Shown here in pieces: positions 59,952 through 64,000 of a stretch of 64,000 nucleotides of DNA. The notes under the pieces are model-generated. The model did no database searches. It was not told where the DNA came from and saw only the letters and a list, made by a program, of their open reading frames with translations. The translations under genes and the position numbers were made by a program. How positions within the stretch are numbered: the stretch's first letter is position 1; each line of letters opens with the position of its first letter. The DNA is from an uncultured Clostridia bacterium (GTDB lineage Bacteria; Bacillota; Clostridia; TANB77; CAG-508): the NCBI GenBank assembly GCA_934130435.1, contig CAKOYB010000001.1, forward strand, positions 1,664 through 65,663, read 5' to 3'.

Positions 59952-62366
59952 ATGTACAATTTTAGACAGATAGAGAAAAAATGGCAAGAATACTGGGAAA
60001 AGAATAAAACATTTAAGGTAGATGCATGGGATTTTTCTAAACCTAAGTTTTATGCACTAGATATGTTTCCATATCCATCAGGAGTAGGCCTTCATGCTGG
60101 GCATCCTGAGGGATATACTGCTACAGATATAGTAGCACGTATGAAAAGAATGCAGGGATTTAATGTGCTTCACCCAATGGGATATGATTCTTTTGGTCTT
60201 CCGGCAGAACAGTATGCAATACAAACAGGTAATCATCCTGCAAAGTTTACAGAAAAAAATATAAAAACATTTGAAGGACAATTGAAAAGACTTGGATTTT
60301 CATATGATTGGGATAGAGTAATATCTACTAGTGATCCTAGTTATTATAAATGGACACAATGGATATTTAAAAAACTATATGAAGATGGATATGCTAAGCA
60401 AATTTATATGCCAGTTAATTGGTGTGAAGAGCTAGGGACAGTTTTAGCAAATGATGAAGTAATAGATGGCAAAAGTGAAAGAGGAGGATATCCTGTAATT
60501 CGTAAATATATGAAACAATGGATTATTGATATTCCTGCTTTTGCAGAAGATCTTCTAAAAGGATTAGATGAAATTGATTGGCCAGAATCTACTAAAGAGA
60601 TACAAAGAAACTGGATTGGAAAATCTGAAGGTGTGGAAGTAGAATTTAAAATTAAAGGCGGAGGAGAATTCTCAATATTTACCACATGTATAGAAACAAT
60701 TTATGGTATCACTTTTATGGTATTAGCTCCAGAAAACAAATTGGTAGATAAATTAAAAGACAGAATAAAAAATTGGGATGAAGTAACTAAATATAGAGAG
60801 GAAACAGCTAAGAAATCTGACTTAGATAGAACTGAATTAAATAAAACTAAGAGTGGAGTTAAATTAGATGGCATTTTTGCAATTAACCCAGCTAATGGAA
60901 AAGAGGTAGAAGTCTTTTTAGGAGACTTTGTTCTAGCAAGTTATGGAACAGGAGCAGTTATGGCTGTACCAAGTCATGATCAAAGAGATTTTGAGTATGC
61001 ACAGGAACATAATATACCAATGATTCAGGTTATAGATGGACGTGATACTACAGAATGTGCTTTTGAAAAGCAGGATTATCTAAATAAAGGTTGCAAATTA
61101 ATTAATAGTGGAGAGTTTACAGGATTAACAGTAGAAGAAGCTAAAATTGCTATTACTGATAAGCTTATTAAAATGAAATGTGCTAAAAAGAAAAATAATT
61201 ATCATATAAGAGAGTGGATTTTTGCACGTCAAAGATTCTGGGGAGAACCTATACCGATTATTCATTTAGAGGATGGAAGAGACATTGTACTAGAAGATAA
61301 GGATTTACCGCTAGTGTTGCCAGAGATGGATGACTATAAAAGCAAAAATGGTCAAGCACCTTTGGAGAATGCAACGGAATGGAAAAATGTTGAAATAGAT
61401 GGCGTAAAAGGTGTAAGAGAAACATCAACAATGCCTGGATCAGCAGGATCAAGTTGGTATTTTTTAAGATATATAGACCCAGATAATAACAGTGCTTTTG
61501 CAGATCCTAAATTAATTGAACATTGGATGCCAGTGGACTTATATGTTGGAGGACCGGAACATGCAGTTGGGCATTTACTATATTCTAGGATGTGGAATAT
61601 ATATTTGTATAAAAAAGGTTTAGTTAGCGTCAAAGAACCATTTAAAAAACTAGTTCATCAAGGAATGATATTAGGTTCAAATGGTATAAAGATGGGAAAA
61701 CGTTTTCCAGAATATGTAGTAAACCCAGATGATATAGAAAAAGAATATGGAACTGATACTCTTAGAATGTATGAAATGTTTATGGGACCACTTGAAGCAG
61801 ATAAACCATGGAATGATAAAGCTGTTAGGGGCATAAAGAAATTCTTGGACCGTGTTTGGAGACTATATCATGAGGAAATAAGAGAATTTAAAGATAATCC
61901 AAATTTGGATAAGGTATATAATCAAACGGTAAAAAAGGTAACGGAAGATTATGAATCATTAAATTTTAATACTGCAATATCACAAATGATGATATTTGTT
62001 AACGCTGTATATAAGGAAGAAACTTGGAACTTAGAATATGCTAAAAACTTTGTTAAATTATTAAATCCAATAGTCCCACATATTACTGAAGAAATATGGA
62101 GTGAAGTATTTAATAATTCAGAAACGATTGCTTATGAAGCGTGGCCTACATATGATATATCAAAATTAGTTGATGATACATATGAAATGGTTGTGCAAGT
62201 AAATGGTAAATTAAGAGGTAAAATAGAAGTGCCTATCTCATATACAGATGAAGAAATGAAAAAAGCGGCAAAAGAAATAGATAATATAAAAAATATAATA
62301 AAAGGAAAAGACATTATAAAAGAAATAGTTGTACCTAAAAAACTTGTTAATATAGTTGTGAAATAG
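59952..62366 (+). CDS. leuS: Leucyl-tRNA synthetase
   Basis: 804 aa; HIGH (HAGHPEGY), KMSKS-like KMGKR, CP1 editing domain. Confidence 0.95.
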   Translation: MYNFRQIEKKWQEYWEKNKTFKVDAWDFSKPKFYALDMFPYPSGVGLHAGHPEGYTATDIVARMKRMQGFNVLHPMGYDSFGLPAEQYAIQTGNHPAKFTEKNIKTFEGQLKRLGFSYDWDRVISTSDPSYYKWTQWIFKKLYEDGYAKQIYMPVNWCEELGTVLANDEVIDGKSERGGYPVIRKYMKQWIIDIPAFAEDLLKGLDEIDWPESTKEIQRNWIGKSEGVEVEFKIKGGGEFSIFTTCIETIYGITFMVLAPENKLVDKLKDRIKNWDEVTKYREETAKKSDLDRTELNKTKSGVKLDGIFAINPANGKEVEVFLGDFVLASYGTGAVMAVPSHDQRDFEYAQEHNIPMIQVIDGRDTTECAFEKQDYLNKGCKLINSGEFTGLTVEEAKIAITDKLIKMKCAKKKNNYHIREWIFARQRFWGEPIPIIHLEDGRDIVLEDKDLPLVLPEMDDYKSKNGQAPLENATEWKNVEIDGVKGVRETSTMPGSAGSSWYFLRYIDPDNNSAFADPKLIEHWMPVDLYVGGPEHAVGHLLYSRMWNIYLYKKGLVSVKEPFKKLVHQGMILGSNGIKMGKRFPEYVVNPDDIEKEYGTDTLRMYEMFMGPLEADKPWNDKAVRGIKKFLDRVWRLYHEEIREFKDNPNLDKVYNQTVKKVTEDYESLNFNTAISQMMIFVNAVYKEETWNLEYAKNFVKLLNPIVPHITEEIWSEVFNNSETIAYEAWPTYDISKLVDDTYEMVVQVNGKLRGKIEVPISYTDEEMKKAAKEIDNIKNIIKGKDIIKEIVVPKKLVNIVVK

Positions 62367-62408
62367 TATAGTCTACAATTAAATTAAAAATATTTATTAA
62401 TGAAGATA

Positions 62409-62439
62409 TTCTCTCCCAGTTAAATGGGAGAGTTTTTTA
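62409..62439 (+). terminator. Rho-independent terminator after leuS
   Basis: CTCTCCCA-GTTAAA-TGGGAGAG + TTTTTTAT. Confidence 0.55.
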
Positions 62440-62546
62440 TATTGTATAGGAAAAATAGAGTCTGGATGTGAGACAAGAGAATGTACAATTAGAATTCGTA
62501 AGATTTTATAGAAATATGTAGGATTAATATTCTACATATTTTATAC

Positions 62547-62584
62547 AAACAAATGTTTACAAATGCAAACTATGATGGTATAAT
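62547..62584 (+). promoter_or_regulatory. Putative promoter (TTTACA-17-TATAAT) overlapped by a palindrome AAAC-N4-GTTT (candidate LexA/SOS-box-like operator)
   Basis: AAACAAATGTTT (62547-62558) is a perfect palindrome resembling the clostridial GAAC-N4-GTTT LexA box with degenerate outer bases. -35 at 62556-62561, -10 at 62579-62584. Confidence 0.3.
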
Positions 62585-62614
62585 ATAAATAGAATTTTTG
62601 CTGGAGAATGAATA

Positions 62615-63871
62615 ATGGAAAAACAATATTTATGTATAGATTTGAAAACATTTTTTGCTTCTGTTGAATGCGTGGAAAGAGGATTAGACCCATTTAGCAC
62701 AAATTTAGTTGTAACAGATCCAAGTAGAGGAAAAGGGGCAATCTGCTTAGCCATAACTCCAAAAATGAAAGAACAAGGAATAAAAAATAGGTGTAGAGTT
62801 TTTGAAATTCCCCCGAATATAAAATATATTGTAGCCATACCAAGAATGAAAAAATATATTGAATATTCTGCTAATGTGTATGAAATTTATTTAAAATATG
62901 TAGCAAAAGAAGATATGCATGTATATTCAATAGATGAGGTTTTTTTGGATGTTACTAGTTATTTGAAATATTATGGAATGTCTGCTAGTGAATTAGCAAA
63001 AAAAATAATGAAAGACATATTTGATACATACGGCCTTACTGCAACAGCTGGGGTTGGTACAAACATGTATTTAGCTAAAATAGCTTTAGATATAACAGCA
63101 AAACATAATAAGAGTAATATTGGATATTTAAATGAGGAAAAATATAAAGAGGAGCTATGGCATCATAAACCATTAAAAGACTTTTGGCAAATTGGAAATG
63201 GAATAGAAAAAAGGTTAAATAAAATGCAAATCTTTGATATGTATGATATTGCACATACAGAAACCAAAAAATTATATAAAGAATTTGGAGTAAATGCTAA
63301 ATATTTAATAGAACATTCTTGGGGAAAAGAAACATGTACAATATCAGATATTAAAGAATATAAACCAAAGAATAGCTCAATATCAACGAGCCAAATATTA
63401 TTTAAAGATTATAATTATGAAAATGCAAGATTAGTGCTAAAAGAGATGGTTGAAATTTTATCTCAAAGACTTGTTAAAGATGATTTATTAACAGATTGTA
63501 TTAAACTGTATATTGGGTATTCTAAAGACATAATGAAGGCAACTGGTGGAAGTAAAAAACTACCTTATTTTACAAATCTTTATTCAAAACTTTCTTTTGA
63601 ATTTGATAAGCTATTTACTATGACAACTTATAAGAATGTGCCAATAAGGAAAATAGGAATATCTTTTGAAAGGCTGAAAAATGAAAATGCTGAACAAATA
63701 AATCTATTTGATAATATTGAATTAAATGATAAAGAAAAAAGATTAGAAAAATCTATAATTGAAATAAAGGCTGCACTGGGAAAAAATGCAATATTAAGAG
63801 GAATGAATTTGCAAGAGGAAGCAACAACTATAATTAGAAATAAACTAATAGGAGGACATAATGGAGAATAA
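62615..63871 (+). CDS. Y-family translesion DNA polymerase (UmuC/DinB/UvrX-like)
   Basis: Catalytic motifs LCIDLKTFFASVE and SIDEVFLDV. Little-finger domain at the C-terminus. Confidence 0.8.
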   Translation: MEKQYLCIDLKTFFASVECVERGLDPFSTNLVVTDPSRGKGAICLAITPKMKEQGIKNRCRVFEIPPNIKYIVAIPRMKKYIEYSANVYEIYLKYVAKEDMHVYSIDEVFLDVTSYLKYYGMSASELAKKIMKDIFDTYGLTATAGVGTNMYLAKIALDITAKHNKSNIGYLNEEKYKEELWHHKPLKDFWQIGNGIEKRLNKMQIFDMYDIAHTETKKLYKEFGVNAKYLIEHSWGKETCTISDIKEYKPKNSSISTSQILFKDYNYENARLVLKEMVEILSQRLVKDDLLTDCIKLYIGYSKDIMKATGGSKKLPYFTNLYSKLSFEFDKLFTMTTYKNVPIRKIGISFERLKNENAEQINLFDNIELNDKEKRLEKSIIEIKAALGKNAILRGMNLQEEATTIIRNKLIGGHNGE

Positions 63872-64000
63872 TAAAGAAGATAATAGAGCAAAACAGTTTA
63901 TGTCATTTGATGCATTAAAAGGATTAAGAGAAGCATTGGAAGAAAAAGAAAAAATAGAAGAGTCAAAATTTTCTCAAGAAGAGCACATTAAATCTAAAAT
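63861..64000 (+). CDS. Partial CDS, possible YolD-like accessory protein of Y-family polymerases
   Basis: GGAGG RBS. ATG overlaps the end of the polymerase gene, suggesting translational coupling. N-terminus MENNKEDNRAKQFMSFDALKGLREAL. Truncated by the window end. Confidence 0.3.
   Translation, partial: MENNKEDNRAKQFMSFDALKGLREALEEKEKIEESKFSQEEHIKSK

Overview
This window reads as the chromosomal replication-origin region of a very AT-rich (about 25-28% GC), spore-forming Clostridia-class Firmicute; that assignment is inferred from gene content and composition only. The conserved origin core is present: dnaA-dnaN-recF-gyrB and gyrA on the minus strand, and rpmH-rnpA-yidD-yidC-jag-mnmE-mnmG-rsmG-soj-spo0J on the plus strand, with DnaA-box clusters flanking dnaA. 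Around it are housekeeping and sporulation genes: minC(partial)-pbp2-mreDCB-radC, mecA, tadA, spmAB, abrB with Spo0A boxes, rsmI, vanW, gerM-like, alr-ATPgrasp-murE, comEA, dacB-like, leuS, a Y-family polymerase, and 10 tRNAs.

The unexpected part is a dispersed, apparently degenerate conjugation-type (type IV secretion-like) gene set embedded in this oriC-proximal housekeeping neighbourhood. Block 1 (17983-21205, plus strand) encodes a VirD4/TraG-like coupling ATPase, a VirB2/TrbC-like pilin-like protein, a VirB6-like polytopic membrane protein and a small VirB3-like membrane protein. Block 2 (26317-30476, minus strand) is a roughly 5.3 kb insertion that separates gyrB from gyrA. It encodes a VirB4/ConE-like ATPase split into two ORFs, a receiver-domain-plus-ParA/CpaE-like ATPase, and a 241-aa helical protein. 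It has its own sigma-A-like promoter, and a GC-rich hairpin terminator sits directly after gyrB. No relaxase, VirB1-like hydrolase or VirB8-like gene is visible.

Other items worth a second look: a +1 frameshift in rnpA; a compositionally anomalous roughly 400 bp non-coding stretch next to the island; a small plus-strand transcription unit with a strong RBS but only a 2-codon ORF; and AT-only low-complexity gene deserts with direct repeats.
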